Shown here piece by piece: positions 14,451-28,744 of a stretch of DNA of 64,000 nucleotides; position 1 is the stretch's first letter; each line of letters opens with the position of its first letter. The position numbers and the translations under genes were made by a program. Origin of the DNA: Hormiphora californensis (taxonomy: Eukaryota; Animalia; Ctenophora); NCBI GenBank assembly GCA_020137815.1, contig CM035350.1:8246001-8310000 (forward strand), written 5' to 3'. The notes beneath the pieces were generated by a model. The model had not been told where the DNA came from, made no database searches, and saw only the letters and a list, made by a program, of their open reading frames with translations.

Positions 14451-16382
14451 CTCCCCCCCCCCAGAAAGCACACAGATGTTAAAAATCCCCAATTAACCCT
14501 AACTATCGTCCTCCTGCATGGCTTCAAATGAGACCCTCACCTCACCGAACCCCATGCGATCAGAGAGTTCTCCCTAATTGGGGGTGGATAGAGGTGACTA
14601 CACATTACCCTGTGCAGCAGGGGGAGCTAACTGAACACATATTGTGTAGTGGGTTAATTGAAGTATCCACTAACGACCAGTGCAGCTCAGTGAGATACAG
14701 ACAATAATTAGGGTAGGCCTAATTGAGTGCTAATAATAGTAGTTAGTCACATGATCCAAGGGTGGCTAAATGGATATAATCTACACATCAATCGTCTAAT
14801 TGTTATATAGTCATCTTAATTGGCATCTATAGGATGATTTGGGCCAGGGAAATGAGTCTCCTGATTCCCTTCAACACCTTCCCAATAGAACAGCCTCGAA
14901 ATGGAATTGTAAAAAAAACTCTAGGTAGATTCAGAGAGAAGATCGCGATTTGAACGTGCCCCCCCCCCAATCACCAATATCCAAATCTATCCTGTTCTAA
15001 CCTGTGGTTTTTTTCAGATGCTTTTGAAGTGAGGAAACTAAAAGTGAAGGGATGAAATAACGCTCAACGAAACTGTAAGTGTCAGTTTGTTCGTTACACA
15101 CATGCTTCCCCCATCCTCCAAAGTCTTACCATGTCAACAATGATTGCATTACTGCATTAGCCCTGCTGCAGTATACTGCCCCATCTGCTGGTGGTGGTGT
15201 CACCATGTTCCCCTTATAACGAAGGGAGCCTCTAGAGACCCCCAGGGTAGTATGATGGGTGCTGTATTACACAACAAGGTCATATTAGAACGTAGCATAT
15301 ATAACAGTCTTATGGAAGTTCTTAATTAACAGGCCATGCTCCATTTCAAATAGAGATAGCTCCAAAAAGGCTGAGATTTTTCGCCTGATCGCCGCTCATT
15401 ATTACTTTGCCAGAAATTATACTTATTAGATACGTTTCATAAGCTACAATTTCGAAGACCAAGTTAACAAACTGGTTTCCTCCAATAATATCCAGCGAGT
15501 CTAACTTGTCCAATCAACACAAGAACTATTATCGATCATGAGACTCAAGAATAGTCAAGCAATACATTATTTGTATAACAAACAAATGTTGGTATTAATT
15601 AGGACCTTAGGACAGCGTAATGGCTGCACTACTAGACTGTGGAAAGTTTGGCAAAAAGAGTCCCGAGGTTTCTGAACGTTTTTACTCTAATATGGGACTC
15701 TTGAAACGTCACAAGTTCTGAAGACTTCTAGAGGTCTACAATAATATCGACAATGAAGTAACAGTCAGATCAAGCAAAGCTACTCTTTGATTTTTAGTCT
15801 TAGGATTTTAGGTCAGCAGCTACTAGCTATTACATAGGCTAAAACAATATATAATCAGTAAAAGAGACTCAATAACATCAAAATGAATCAGTCTAATATT
15901 ACTGAATCTGAACTGAATTAATGCATGTTTCTGACTTTTCAGACAATTCTATGTTGGTATCCTTTGGTTGAAAAATAACCTCAGGAACACGCATGGAGAG
16001 AGATAGAGGGGGTTGAACAAATCAGGAGCTATAGCTATAGGAACAAGGATATGTCTGGATTCTGGAACGAGCATCCCAAATAACCCATCATGGCCCCCAT
16101 AACTAAACAATATATGTGTGCGTAACTATATCTCATGTAAATAGACCGAGACGGTGGTTCCATCATGAAACGGTGTTTTCATCGAATTTGTGTCACATCA
16201 CGTAGGGACAACACACACATGGTCCCGGTGAGGCGTGTAGCTCGTGTGGTCATGTCTAGATCGGTTCATCTCCCGGTCTATACTTACCCAATGTTCCTCA
16301 TATCCATTTGGTCAGCATGGGATAGTTGCTGCATGCCCGCTGCAGCACTTGAGGCCGTTTCAACCATAGCAGAGGTACTCAT
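7001..16382 (-). CDS. CARF: Calcium-responsive transcription factor (CaRF/ALS2CR8 domain) homolog, about 9 exons
   Basis: Phase-consistent GT-AG exons: 16382-16288, 11046-10832, 10744-10572, 10334-10149, 9402-9288, 8613-8435, 8312-8024, 7884-7603, 7527-(~7200/7001). Translation contains CaRF-like motifs VPFDGVPF..RKVLECQYGPKR, GCPATITVRRIVRFPD, FYVQLPCDEAH, LHPAIIDKIYELVSTGI and NRAYYPTIHDIRNHM. The true stop is uncertain because sequence below ~7280 is low quality. Confidence 0.85.
12248..12383. repeat. Tandem duplication, 74-bp period, about 1.8 copies, in the CARF intron
   Basis: tatggtcacacaaagttagtgattgggcttataaatgggtagttat(g/a)tttccacttgaacct occurs at 12248 and 12322. Confidence 0.85.
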
Positions 16383-16746
16383 AACAGCTCTACACAATAT
16401 ATATGATAAAAAACAAACGGCTACACAGTTGTGTTATGGTGGGGAGAGATGGTGATGAACGTTCTCTCTGTAACTGGGTCACCTGATACATCGAGATCAC
16501 GTGTTCAATATATAGAGGGGCAGGAGTCGCGTGTCAGAATGGATCTGATCACGTGATCCACCTCTCCTCGCCATCTTTGTCCTCTCCACACCACGGCACC
16601 TTATAGAATTTTCTCCCTCGGTCCCCGAGCTCTTGTCCAATGATTATTGAGAGAGAGAGAATAGCTCTTTCCTAGCGGTGGTGATCATCTGGGCGGATGG
16701 AGTGTGTGCGGGGATTCGAAGCGGTGTAGTCAGAGAGAGAGAGAAA

Positions 16747-16853
<107 letters not shown>

Positions 16854-16864
16854 TGAGGAGATAC

Positions 16865-16895
<31 letters not shown>

Positions 16896-17112
16896 TGGCT
16901 CCATTGTTAATTTTACAACACGAGTCACATGACCTCTTGGCGGTTGGGGTCCTCCCTCTCAACCAGCTAACACCACACACATGGGAAGGCTCAACAAAAT
17001 AAAGTTCTCCGATTTAATAAAATGATACAAATTGTATCAAAAATTTAAACTCCAAAGTATTCCATGTTGGCCAAACTATTGATATCATGCTAGTTCCAAC
17101 CCCATGTAGTAC

Positions 17113-17126
17113 GTTGCCATGGTAAC
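17113..17126. promoter_or_regulatory. RFX X-box-like palindrome upstream of the first CARF coding exon
   Basis: GTTGCCATGGTAAC matches the RFX X-box consensus; a partial copy (accatggtaac) lies at ~17156. Function is untested. Confidence 0.35.
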
Positions 17127-18408
17127 AAGAGCACACAACATGGCATCGCGACCTCACCATGGTAACTCCCGGTTACTGCATCACTGTGTGGTGTGGTAGA
17201 TAAGGTTTAATGTGGCCCATGACTCATGTGTTTTCTGTTAGTTCACGGTTTTCAGTTGTGGTATACGCTGGTCTTCCAGACGTGACATTGATATTGATGT
17301 TGATGTATTTTGTGCGGTGGCAATTTGGAGTCTAATGGGTATTGAAAGTGCCAAACAGTGGCGAATGACACCCCCGCCCGCCCACACCATTTGGTGCAAT
17401 CAATGTTGATTCGTTATGACCCGTTTCTGACGCAGTCCCAACTAGTTTAGAAGAGTTTTGGTTGGAATTTTGACAAAATTCAGTTTCGGCCGGTGACCAG
17501 CTCATCTTGCTTCCATATTCTACTCCTCCATTATCGCGGCACGTGCAGTATCCCAAAACTCTGGTGCACTACATCAGGATCATCTTTGCAGTAAATTGTG
17601 GACAAGGAGATTGTTTGTCATCTCTTCTTTTTACCACTGTTCATATGACAAGAAAGGTTTGAGTTGTAGGTATGGTCAAAAGAGGTCAAGAAAAGATATT
17701 CCCTCCCCACTCATATGACTATTGTCTCGGAAAGTTTGCCAAGTTAGACTGTTATTGTACAAAACAACGGAAAGTACCTATTCATATCAGCCCCGTGACC
17801 TAAATCGCGGATCATGTAAATTCTGCCAAATCCGCGGGGATGTATTCTTCTCTGGATTGGTTCTCGACTTCCCAAAGTGTACCCTAAATCGAGACACTTT
17901 ATTTGCCAATGATAATGATTGAAACAGTGCATCTTGACCTCTTCATTTAGATGAACAAGTTGATATTCCCATATTTCCTTTGTGGCGCCATCAAGTACGT
18001 GTGTGGCGCTATAAAATTAGAACTGCTGTGATGATCGAGAAACCGTGACGAAGCGTTATCCCTATTGAACAGGGTTTATAATCGATATAATTATTGGGAC
18101 ATAATTGATCTTCTTGGATAATCTTCATAATCACTAGGAGTTTCTTTGGCTCGTCTACTTGAACGGGCACAAGCAATTTAAAACATAATCACTGTGCCTA
18201 GTATTGCTGTTGGATGAAATGAAACAATTGCCGCCCAGGTACCCCCAGCAATACCCGTGCCCCCTAATTTGAATATTTTCCCCCTCAATTCTCACCCCCC
18301 CTCTCTGTGTTAATCTCCCGGATCCTTGACGATCTCTGCAGCAGTCTGCCACCGTCAGTCACTGGTCTCGGTGAGGGTTTGAGGGTTAGATTAGGCAATT
18401 AACTACCT

Positions 18409-18486
<78 letters not shown>

Positions 18487-18617
18487 TCTCTCTTTTTCTC
18501 GGTTAGAGTTTCCTCTGAGAGCTCTTGTTCAGTTTTATTCCATAATTTAACGTCCTCCCTCTTGTACATACTCGTGTTGTTCTGATCACACGGGATGGCG
18601 TGGACGTGAGCTGTGGT

Positions 18618-18734
<117 letters not shown>

Positions 18735-19331
18735 TCCTTCCTCGGCGGGAGTAACACCTGATACTCACCTCGTCACATGAAAGAGAGAGGGGTTGGGAGG
18801 AGCCTGGTTAACCCTTCAATTAGCTCTGATCATCCCTCGGGGTCAATGGTAGCTGATCTCCTGATCCCTCCGGAAGTGCACACGATCTATACTACTACAG
18901 ACAGTGTGGGTTCCAGCACGCGAGGTAGACATTGTGTTCCTTCCCTCATTGGAGTGTGAATTCAATCACTACATATTTGAGAAGCGTGCCAGGAAGTGCA
19001 TTTGTCAGACAATTGACACACTCATCACACACTTGAATTACATGTGTTGTAGCAAGAAGAGAACGTGCGATAAAATCACACAAGAGCAATTGGTAAAATT
19101 GACAGCTGATTAATTCATACAGTTTAACAAGAGTTTCACATCTCTCTCAGAGTTCTTCTGTTCAGGTCCCTTCCTCCTTCTCCTTCTGTCTATTATACAC
19201 CGTCTCTCTTCACGCAACCTCTTTTACGGGTCACAACTCCCGCCGCGCTCAGTAACTCCCATTTAAAGAGCAATTTGAAGGAATCTTAAAAGAATGTTTG
19301 TAGCTTTGGAATTCTGTCCCGGCACAGTACT

Positions 19332-22200
19332 TTACCCGTACCGGAAGAAAGGTTGAGAGGTACTAGGCTTGTAACTGTGAATATTCACCTTGGTCTCCAC
19401 GAAATCCAACCTTCTCTTCAAATTCATGAACAGCCTCTGATGTATAGTGTGCTCCAACGTATTCATCTTTTTGGTAAGGTGGAGTAACTTGGCATTCACT
19501 ATCTCGATCTTATCTCGATCACACACCGGATCAAATGTGATCTTGATGGGAGACCGATCTATCATATCTTGGGTCGCTGCCAGAAGAATCTTGTTATCCA
19601 TTGCTTTCTCTAGGTCACACAGGGTCTGGGCTCGTCTTACCCTGGCCGATATCTCCGATCTCTCGTAGATTCGGGTGTAGCTATCGGCCATGATGGCAAT
19701 CATTAGATTGAGAATTAAGATGCTGGACACGACTATCCACACCATTGACATGATCATCCACCAAACTGGAATATCCGGGACTCGGCTTTTACCTGAAAAG
19801 ACGGGGGGAGAATTAAACTGGGAAAGAAAGGATGGATCCTGTCAAAAACGAAACATGATAATGTGCCACTGCTATCCATAATGTTACATTTCTCTACCTA
19901 AATCACCGACCTCCTTACTATATAGTCCTAGGCATTTGAGTCAAATAAAGGAATTTTAAGACAACCATGCGAGACCTTATAGCCATCTTTTAGTGAAGGT
20001 CTCGCATAGTTATCTGACATTTCCTGAAACGGGAACTTTCTTACGCAAATGCCTAGGACTAATAGTTGGTTAATTAATTGTTTCATTATAACTCACCATC
20101 ATCATATTCATAGTCAACTAGCACCATCCTCAAAACTGTAAAGAAGACCTGGTGGAAGCCCTGGATTTGGCCGATTCCCTCAGCACCTCCGGCCCCTGAG
20201 CCTCCTTTAGCTGCCCTCCGCTTTCTGGAAATGGTGTCATTAGTCTGATCCTCCACCTCCTCCCCCTCGATATTTCCCTGCTTGAGGAAGATAGTCTTGT
20301 AGAATACCAGCCAAGCGGGGGCGAACAGGAACACGAACATGAGGCACACACTCCAGAGGTCCTTGGGCACGTACTTCATGAAGATCACGAATGGGCCGAG
20401 TTTCTTGGTGATCTGCAGCTTTAGGAAGGTGTTCGTCCACAGGCAGATGATCGCCAGGGCCCCGGCTATCTTTTCAAAGTTTTCGAAGGACTCGTTAAAC
20501 ATGGAGACTATCTTAATACAGAAGTATAGGAGGAGAATGTGATCGATAATGATATCAATCAGGATGGAAGGAGCACGTTTTATGTCGTTGTAGAACCGCA
20601 TACTCTCCATCTCTGTCGCCTCGCCTATCAAATGTGTCCCCTTCTTGTGTATGTACTTCTGCTCGTTCTCGTTAGTAACTTTGCGCAGTTTACGTAGGTA
20701 AATCAGGTACTTGTGCCGGTTGTGCAGGATATAGCAATTGTCCTTGAGTCGGATACAGTAGGTTAGCAGGGATATGAAGTAGATACACAGATGACCAATG
20801 TGAACGAAACTCTTCTCTTGTCCTCCCACTACTTTCTCATCCTCGTTCAGCATGTACAGAGTCGTCCAGATGATGGAGTAAAATGCCACGAAGAGGAAAT
20901 TCTTCTTGGTGGGCTTGTGTCCGTACAACTCCCATTTTGCTTCTGTGAGGTGTTTGAACACGGGGTGTTCCACAATCCCCAGGTTACCCTGCCAGACAAG
21001 GAATTGGAACAGAGAGGTCTGGACCTTCATCTCCGTCTTTAGCAGCGTGTCAAGGTGGTAGAACCGGTGACCTGAAGTAAATAGAAGAAGTTAATCCTGA
21101 GCGTGGGATATGAAACCCATGGAATAAGCGAGGCTGGTTGGTTGGTTGGTGAGAGCGGTTGGTGCTTTTGGAGCCTTTGTTAGGGGTTCACGGTTGACCA
21201 TGAGAGGCTGGTGTATGCCTGATAGCGAAACATGTCCAATCCCATTCTCTCTACCCTCACAAGCGAGTGCCAAACACATCTCCCTTCTCCTCTACTTACC
21301 CTCAAGGAGGTCCTCAGTACAGAGTTTATCGAACACATCCCTAATTAGAGTGGGCATGGTGAAGGCCACCCTCATCACAGTCGTAATCCCCGAGTTGTCC
21401 ACTATGTACGGGTTAGCCCCCATGGCAATGAAGTAGGCAGTGACTTTGGAGTGCCGGAAATGGGCTGATATGGCAGCTGGAGTGAGTCCGAGGTTGTCCT
21501 GCTGGTTAATATCACATTTCTGAAAGGGGGTTGGTTAGAGATGTGATATACACTTGATGTTGACCCCTCCCTTGGCTTCAATTGTAAAATGACTGTAATG
21601 AATGTTTCATGTATGTATGAACAATACAACTCCCACCCCACCTACCCGTTGCAGTAAGAACCGGACCATATCCTTGGCACCAAATAAGGCAGCTACATGG
21701 AGGGGAGACCTGTTCAGTTCCCCCGCTACCAAGTTGATATTACACCCATTATCTACCAGGATCTCCGCTCCATCTACATTGTTTGCCATGGCGGCATAGA
21801 AAATGGGAGTATACCCGTACGAATCAGGGACATCCAGGTCAATCTCCCCTAGAAACTTCATTTCCATTAGCAGTTGGAAGTCCTCGCCTTTGCAGTACTG
21901 CGCAGCCAGATGGAATATAGTCTGATCGAAATCATCTTTTATGTTGAAGTTCTCCGGGTCCAGACCCTTAATAAGCTTGTACAGCCGGGTACTATCTAGG
22001 TACAACTTCTTGTACTTGAACTGGCTGGCTCCGACCTGTCTGGATGCTTTGAGAAAATACGAAAATATGGCATACTTATCGATTTTCTCCTCGCAGAAGG
22101 ATGTTATAGCGTGGAGGGGTGCCTTCCGGGTCAGCAGGTACTTCCTCATGTTAGGATGGCCCTGTTGGAATGCAGAGTTCCGAGATAGCATTTTGTTCAT
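19332..22200 (-). CDS. Ankyrin-repeat TRP cation channel (TRPV/TRPA-like), paralog 1, about 736 aa, 4 exons
   Basis: Exons 22200-21646, 21519-21300, 21071-20097, 19792-19332 join in frame. Ankyrin motifs: QTIFHLAA, GYTPIFYAA, RSPLHVAA, GLTPAAIS. Membrane domain: S4-S5 LGPFVIFM, pore FFTVLRMVLVDYEY, S6 LNLMIAIMADSYTRI, TRP-like helix RVRRAQTLCDLEK, then a coiled coil. Confidence 0.9.
19923..20061. mobile_element. Small hairpin MITE in the last intron of TRP paralog 1
   Basis: Terminal inverted repeat tagtcctaggcatttg...caaatgcctaggacta, plus an internal inverted repeat atgcgagacctt/aaggtctcgcat. Confidence 0.6.
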
Positions 22201-23177
22201 GATTTTATAACGGTCTCTTGGGTAGAGCTTTAGTTAGATGAATTGTATGAACTTGTGGAATCTATATCACCGGGCTATAATAATACTTCGTGAAAACAAC
22301 GATGTATTGGGGGATAGTCCAAAGAGAGTGGTTAGATAGCACAAATACAAGTACACTAGAGTGTCAAAGAGGCTCTAGCTGACCAGGGGTAGATAGAGCT
22401 GGTCTTGTTTTATGCATATAGCATGGCAGCATAACCAAGAGCTGCAAGCAACACATGTACACATGATCGTGAGGGGGAGAGCTGCACGCCCCAGATAATA
22501 TAGGAGCTGCAAGGGGTAGCATTTATCAAGGAGGATAATCAGAGCTATAGGGACCAGTTACAAGGTGTCACACACTATAGAGGTATTGCAGAGCTGTGAT
22601 AATGATTCTGAAAGGACACATGCTGCTCTCTCTCTCAGTGACCTCTCTAGTGTAACCATTGTGTCTTAGTCATTAGTGTAACATACAACAAGCAAAGACA
22701 GACAGAAGGAAAAATATGCTTTATGTCAAGATCATTGTGCTTCTTGGGGTGCTGTCATAATCGCATATAGTATGTTAGACTCACTTACCTAATACGCAGT
22801 TGATCCTATTACAGCTGGAATTGTAGAATGACCACTAATCTGGATCTGTTGAACAGGGAAATGGCAGGAACAATGTTGTTGACAGATGAAGTTAGATCAA
22901 TTGCACAATCCGAGATATGATGTCAAAACTGTGATCACCACGCCACCGCACTCACAGACCAATCCAAATGGAGTACGCCATGGTTAAACGACTAATAATT
23001 GTTGGAAGAAAGGAAAACAAGATTAAACACATAATAGGGTAATTTTAGCTGAACTTTCGACGTGGGTAAAAATGAATTCTCATGAGACCAGTATACTTAG
23101 TGGCGTGCAGTACGCCAATATCAGTAACTGATACCGCTTTAGTGTTTCCCGTTTCAAACAAATATTATCGATGTCCG

Positions 23178-23361
<184 letters not shown>

Positions 23362-23673
23362 TTTAAGATCGAGATAGACATAGCTTTCAAACCACTTTCG
23401 AGCAATGGTTTATGACTAAGAAGATACATTATAGATTGCAAAGAGGAAAATATTGCGGAGTAGTAGAGCTAATGAGTCATGGAACGAGTAGCAACAATCC
23501 GACGATCTGAGTCAGAGACAAAGAGAGAGAGTGATATAATAGTGAGAGAGATAGAGAGATGGCATTTCCTCCACAACATTTGACTTCTTCCAATCCAGGG
23601 AAGCGCCATCGTACAACTGCACTATTGTCTAATGGTGTAGAAGAGATCTCAACTTGCATACACAACAATACAC

Positions 23674-23754
<81 letters not shown>

Positions 23755-24767
23755 TCTCGCCATTATTCCCTATTTCTGTCCTCAATCTGCCCTCAATCCC
23801 TCTAACTTTGTCGGTCTTATCTCACGGTCTTTAGTCGCTAAGGCGGCATTTTCATTGAGCAATAGACAGCTGAATATATTAATTTCAATAAACAAATTGT
23901 TTGGTCAAAATATTAAGGAGTTGTAGAGTGTAGACAAATCACTCAAAATGTTTGAGGTCAAGAAAATACAGGGGGGAAGTAATTTCCTGTGATAGTTTTC
24001 AATTCCCACAATTATTCTCCTTTGCTTCCACTGGAAAAAGTTTCTGAATGAAAATGTGGATTTCTGCGAAAGATGAACAGATATGATATAAAATTGTTTA
24101 AGTCGCTTGACACTGTTTCCGTGCTCCGAATAAAAAGAAAGTATGAACAATTCGAAGAAATGTGCACTTGAAAGATGAAGCAAAAATTCCTAATTCGTGT
24201 GGCCAGGATTGTACAAAAGGACTCGAAGAAATAAGAATACTACTGAGTTAATGAATTAATGAAAAACAACTGTTTGTCAATAACCATGGCTATCAATACA
24301 TTATTCAACCAGACATATTATAATTGGCTACAATTTTAGCACAGTAGTCTCTACAATCCACTAAGCTAACTACAATTGTCCTAACTACTACTGCAGTCGT
24401 TAATAAGCTGCCTCTTTGATCATGTGCGAAATATGTGCCTTTGACATCTAGAGAGCTCTCTCTCCATCTTCATCATCCCTCCTTATTGTCTTCTCTCCTC
24501 CATTCCTTATAGTCCTTTCTCTATCCCTTATTCATACAATCATCACTTTATCGTGCTATCCTATTCTCCCTTCCCTCTCGCATGTGCCAAGAGCGAGGCT
24601 ACTACATCTCTAGACACGTGAAGGTTGAACATTCCTCTTTCAACTAGATGCATCAAGACACATTCACTATTCTACAGAACGACTGATGTTAATTGATTTC
24701 ACTGCTCTCTTCAAATCATGATGGATGTCTAAATGGATGTCTAAATGTATGTCCAGTCGCTCATAGA

Positions 24768-27133
24768 TCAGGTCTTGTTATAGAGAGTCAGGGTGTCCTC
24801 AATGTATGCTAGTTTATCCGTAATAACCGCCAGCACCGTCTTCTCAAGCAAGACTTCCATTTTGGAAAGTCTGACACTCAGCAACCTCACCCTCTCCTCA
24901 ATGACGTTGATCTTCTCCCTATCACAGACCGGGTCAAATGTCTGCCGGATGGGCTGGCATGTCCGGAGTTCTGCTGTCAGCGTTGCTAGGAGACCCGGTG
25001 TAAGACTCTTCTCCAAATCACAAATGTACTGGGCTCGTTCTATCCTTGCTACCAGGCCCGCAGTCTCGAATATCCGGCTGTAACTGTCTGCCATGAGGGC
25101 TATCAACAGGTTCAGGACTATGATACTGGAGACTGTGATCCAGATGGCGCTGACTATCATCCACCACGCCGGCTTTATCAGTAGCTGGTTGGACCTGGAG
25201 GAAGCATTTGTAAAGATCTATAATTGAATCTGAAAATATATGGGGATTCAGGTTGAACTAGGATCAGAAAAAGGGGTCAATATCTATATCGACTAGTATA
25301 GTTATACACTGTTCTATCTGTTAATTAACTGTACTATCTGTTAATTAACACGTACCTTGCCATGCCCTCTTCATAATCATAATCACCCAGGACCATCCGG
25401 AGAACTCTAAAGAAGGTTTCCAGCTCACTGAGTCCCACAAACGTGTCAATCTCTGCCCCTCCGCCCCGACCTTTAGGTTTGGCGGCCCGTGTCTGTCTAG
25501 CTGCTTCATCACCATCTCCCTCCCCCTCTGTCTTCTCACCACTCTCCGTGACATAGATGGTCTTGTAGAAGACCAGGAATGCTGGAACAAACAGGGCCAT
25601 GAACATGGTAATGACTTTCTTCAGATCTTGCTGAGCGTACTTCATGAATATTACAAAGGGGCCAACTGATTTTGTTATTGAGAGTTTCATGAAGCCTGTG
25701 ACCCACAGGCACATCACCACACAGGAACCCCCTACACTCTCTATCTTGGCGAGATGGGGGAAGAAGAATGTTGCTAGTTTAAGGGCAATGTACGCCATCA
25801 GAGACACATCCACCACCACATCGAATATGAGACCTGGAGTGTTGCAAAGATCGTCGTAGAAGCTCATCTCGCCCTTGCTAGTTTTCTTGTTGATGTCCTT
25901 GATGAGCAGCCAACCCTTTGGGTGGACTATGGCCTGTTCATACAGGTCTGTCATGGTCATTAGTCTCTTGACGAAGGTGAAGTAGAGATACCTCCTCCTC
26001 AAACTTCGATACGTCAGGATAATCCTGAAGGCGAGGAGAGCAAATGCAGCGAGTATGAGAATCAGAAATCCCCCGTGTTTGGGTGTGATTTTCGTCATGG
26101 TGGTCAGGTCGAGATCGTTGTCCAGCATGTATACCGCCAGCCACACAATCAGATACAGACCGAGGAAGATAAAGTTTTTATTGGCCGGACCTGCCCCGTA
26201 CATGTTCCATTTGGCGTTCGTTAGCTGTTCAAATATGGGGTGGTCTGCTATCCCCATGTTGCCCTTCCACACCAGGAATTGGAAGAGAGAACCGTGGATG
26301 TCGTCATCGTGTTCTAGAACCTTGTTGAGGTCGTAACTTCGCTCACCTGGTGGGAGGGGAGGGGTCACGGTAACCTCATTCGCCTGGTAAGGGGAGGGTA
26401 ACTACAGTCACCTAGTGAGGGGGGGGGTCAGTAAAATTCAAGTGGGTGCAAGGTTTTTGGGCGGAGTGAGCGGGTCATGAGTGGGTGAGTGGTGGTGGTA
26501 AATGGATGTGGAGTTTGGGGAATAGTGACGTGTGTGGGAGATTTGATACATTCTAGATAATATTCTAGATTCAGGATATATGCGGTGAGGGGGATATATA
26601 CCCTGGTAGATGTCCTCAGTGACGAGTCTATCAAACACGTCCCTAATCAGGGTGGGCATGGTATTAGCGATCCTGAGGGCGGTGGGTATCCGATATTTGT
26701 CCTGGATAAAAGGATCCGCCCCTCGAGACAGGAACCGTTCTGTTATGGTGGAGTGGCGGTAGTAGGCTGCCAGTGCCATGGGTGTTAGACCCATTGAGTC
26801 CTTGCTATCTATCGCTATATGTGGCTTCTGAGGAGAGAGGAACTGTCATAAATAGCTTTGAATTGTCGTTGGTAATGTAACTCTATAGCTTAGTTCGCAA
26901 GAAGGGGTTACCGTCATGCCGGACAGGGGTTAGAGCGCACCAACTAGTTTGTATGTTTTCTTATATTTGTTTTATTTGTATGATTTATTTCTAGAGTATA
27001 CGTGATTCTTATTCATGGATATTTACGGAAGCAGCCGCAGTATGATATGACCACTGTTTATCCATGTGGTTTTTAATTGGTGCCCGGGCAAAAATATTTG
27101 ATCCTAGACTTTGAGGAAATTTAAGAGAGTTTC

Positions 27134-27203
<70 letters not shown>

Positions 27204-28744
27204 AAGATTTTTGCCCTAATAGCCCACATCCTAGAGAGTTACTCGCCCTCTCATATCCGGTATGTAGAGCATGTGTGTTACCAGAGAGCTGGTTTTATTA
27301 CCACAACATGCAGACCAAAGAAGTGCAACTCAAAAATTATACGATGAGTGATTCCAAAAATGATCCCTTAACCACAAAACGGTTTCCTCGCTCAGATTCA
27401 TTGGATCTGCTAATTTGTTACGAAGAACAACTTATTTCAAGGACCACTAAGCAATGCATAATATATGTCATGTCCCAATTCACTGTTTATAGCCACAAGA
27501 TTCATTAAAATGTGACTTCAAACAGGACAAATCAAATCTCAGCAGGTGCTCTATGACGTGTCACCACATTACCTGATCAAATCTCAGCAGGTGCTCTATG
27601 ACGTGTCACCACATTACCTGATCAAATCTCAGCAGGTACTCTATGACGTGTCACCACATTACCTGATCAAATCTCAGCAGGTACTCTATAACTTCAGCAC
27701 TACCATACATTGCAGCAATGTGTAGGACCGTTCGTTGACACCGCCAAGCTCTAATGGGACGGAAAGTGGTTTGGTAAAATGAAATTTGCAAAAACTGCAA
27801 CCCAATAATGCGATTGATGTACTGCTGCAGGGAAGACATATTTTAGCACAGATCGAAAATTACAAACAATACAGAGGAAAACTTTCTGGCGGCGACGACC
27901 CGATCTGAGGGCATCCAGAGTCTGGCATAGTCAGGCAGGGGAAAACAATTAGATATGACCACATACGTTTTTTTAATATCTGCCCCTGCATTTATCAGCA
28001 CATCAAGGTTATCCACATTGTTCGCTATTGCAGCATAAAAGAGAGGAGTATACCCCATATTATCGCAGGCGTTAACTTCCGCTCCATAATCCAGAAGTGA
28101 CTTTACATCATCAACTGGGGGGGGGGGTACATATATAGAATAACCAGCCAACATCCCCCTTCCTATCCCTATTCCCTGTCATTTAGTCCACCCAACTTAT
28201 CCCAATCAACCCCGTTGTTGCTGCACATCCCTCTAAAATGCCATCCCTCTAAAATGCCATGAAACTAAAATGCCATGAAACTAAAATGCCATCCCTCTAA
28301 AATGCCATGAAACTAAAATCCCATCCCTCTAAAAATGAAATCCCTCTAAAATCCCATCCCTCTAACTCCTTACCAGAGCAGTATTGGGCGGCAATATGTA
28401 GCACTGTCTGTGTATAACCGTCAGTGAGATCAATGTCTTCAGGCTGCATCAGTTCTCGCATGTTCTTGTAGTCAGTGGGTAGGGTGTTGTACGTGTATCT
28501 TGAACAACCTGTCCAGGAGATATGTCACGTGATGCTACTCCTTTATAAATATTTATGCTGCTCCTTCATAAATATTGATGTTGCTACTACCTGCTGTCTT
28601 GGCAAGGAAGTCAAAGTAGCAGAAGAGTCTGTAACGCTTGTTATCAGGATGCGGTATCACCGTGATTGGATCAGAGTAGCTGGCCTCTTTGGTCGTGGTC
28701 ACCATGGCTGTGATATGGGCCATAGTGGAACCACCCCTCGCCAT
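24768..28744 (-). CDS. Ankyrin-repeat TRP cation channel (TRPV/TRPA-like), paralog 2, about 722 aa, 7 exons
   Basis: Exons 28744-28591, 28508-28374, 28114-27967, 27750-27663, 26827-26602, 26346-25356, 25194-24768 join in frame (2169 nt). Motifs: QTVLHIAA, GYTPLFYAA, RTVLHIAA, GLTPMALAA, SLFQFLVWKGN, GPFVIFMKY, FRVLRMVLGDYDY, LNLLIALMADSYSRI, RAQYICDLEK. Collinear with paralog 1. Confidence 0.9.
27531..27689. repeat. 45-bp tandem repeat (3.5 copies) duplicating the exon 4 / intron 4 junction of TRP paralog 2
   Basis: Unit atcaaatctcagcaggt(g/a)ctctatgacgtgtcaccacattacctg; each full copy contains the minus-strand donor CAG|GTAATG. Confidence 0.95.
28226..28345. repeat. 16-bp minisatellite with two interspersed variants in intron 2 of TRP paralog 2
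   Basis: Units catccctctaaaatgc and catgaaactaaaatgc, about 7 copies. Confidence 0.9.

Noticed and set aside
17332-18352. Cluster of short ORFs between CARF and TRP paralog 1
   Set aside because: All frames are interrupted and show no motifs; probably a decayed repeat or regulatory DNA.
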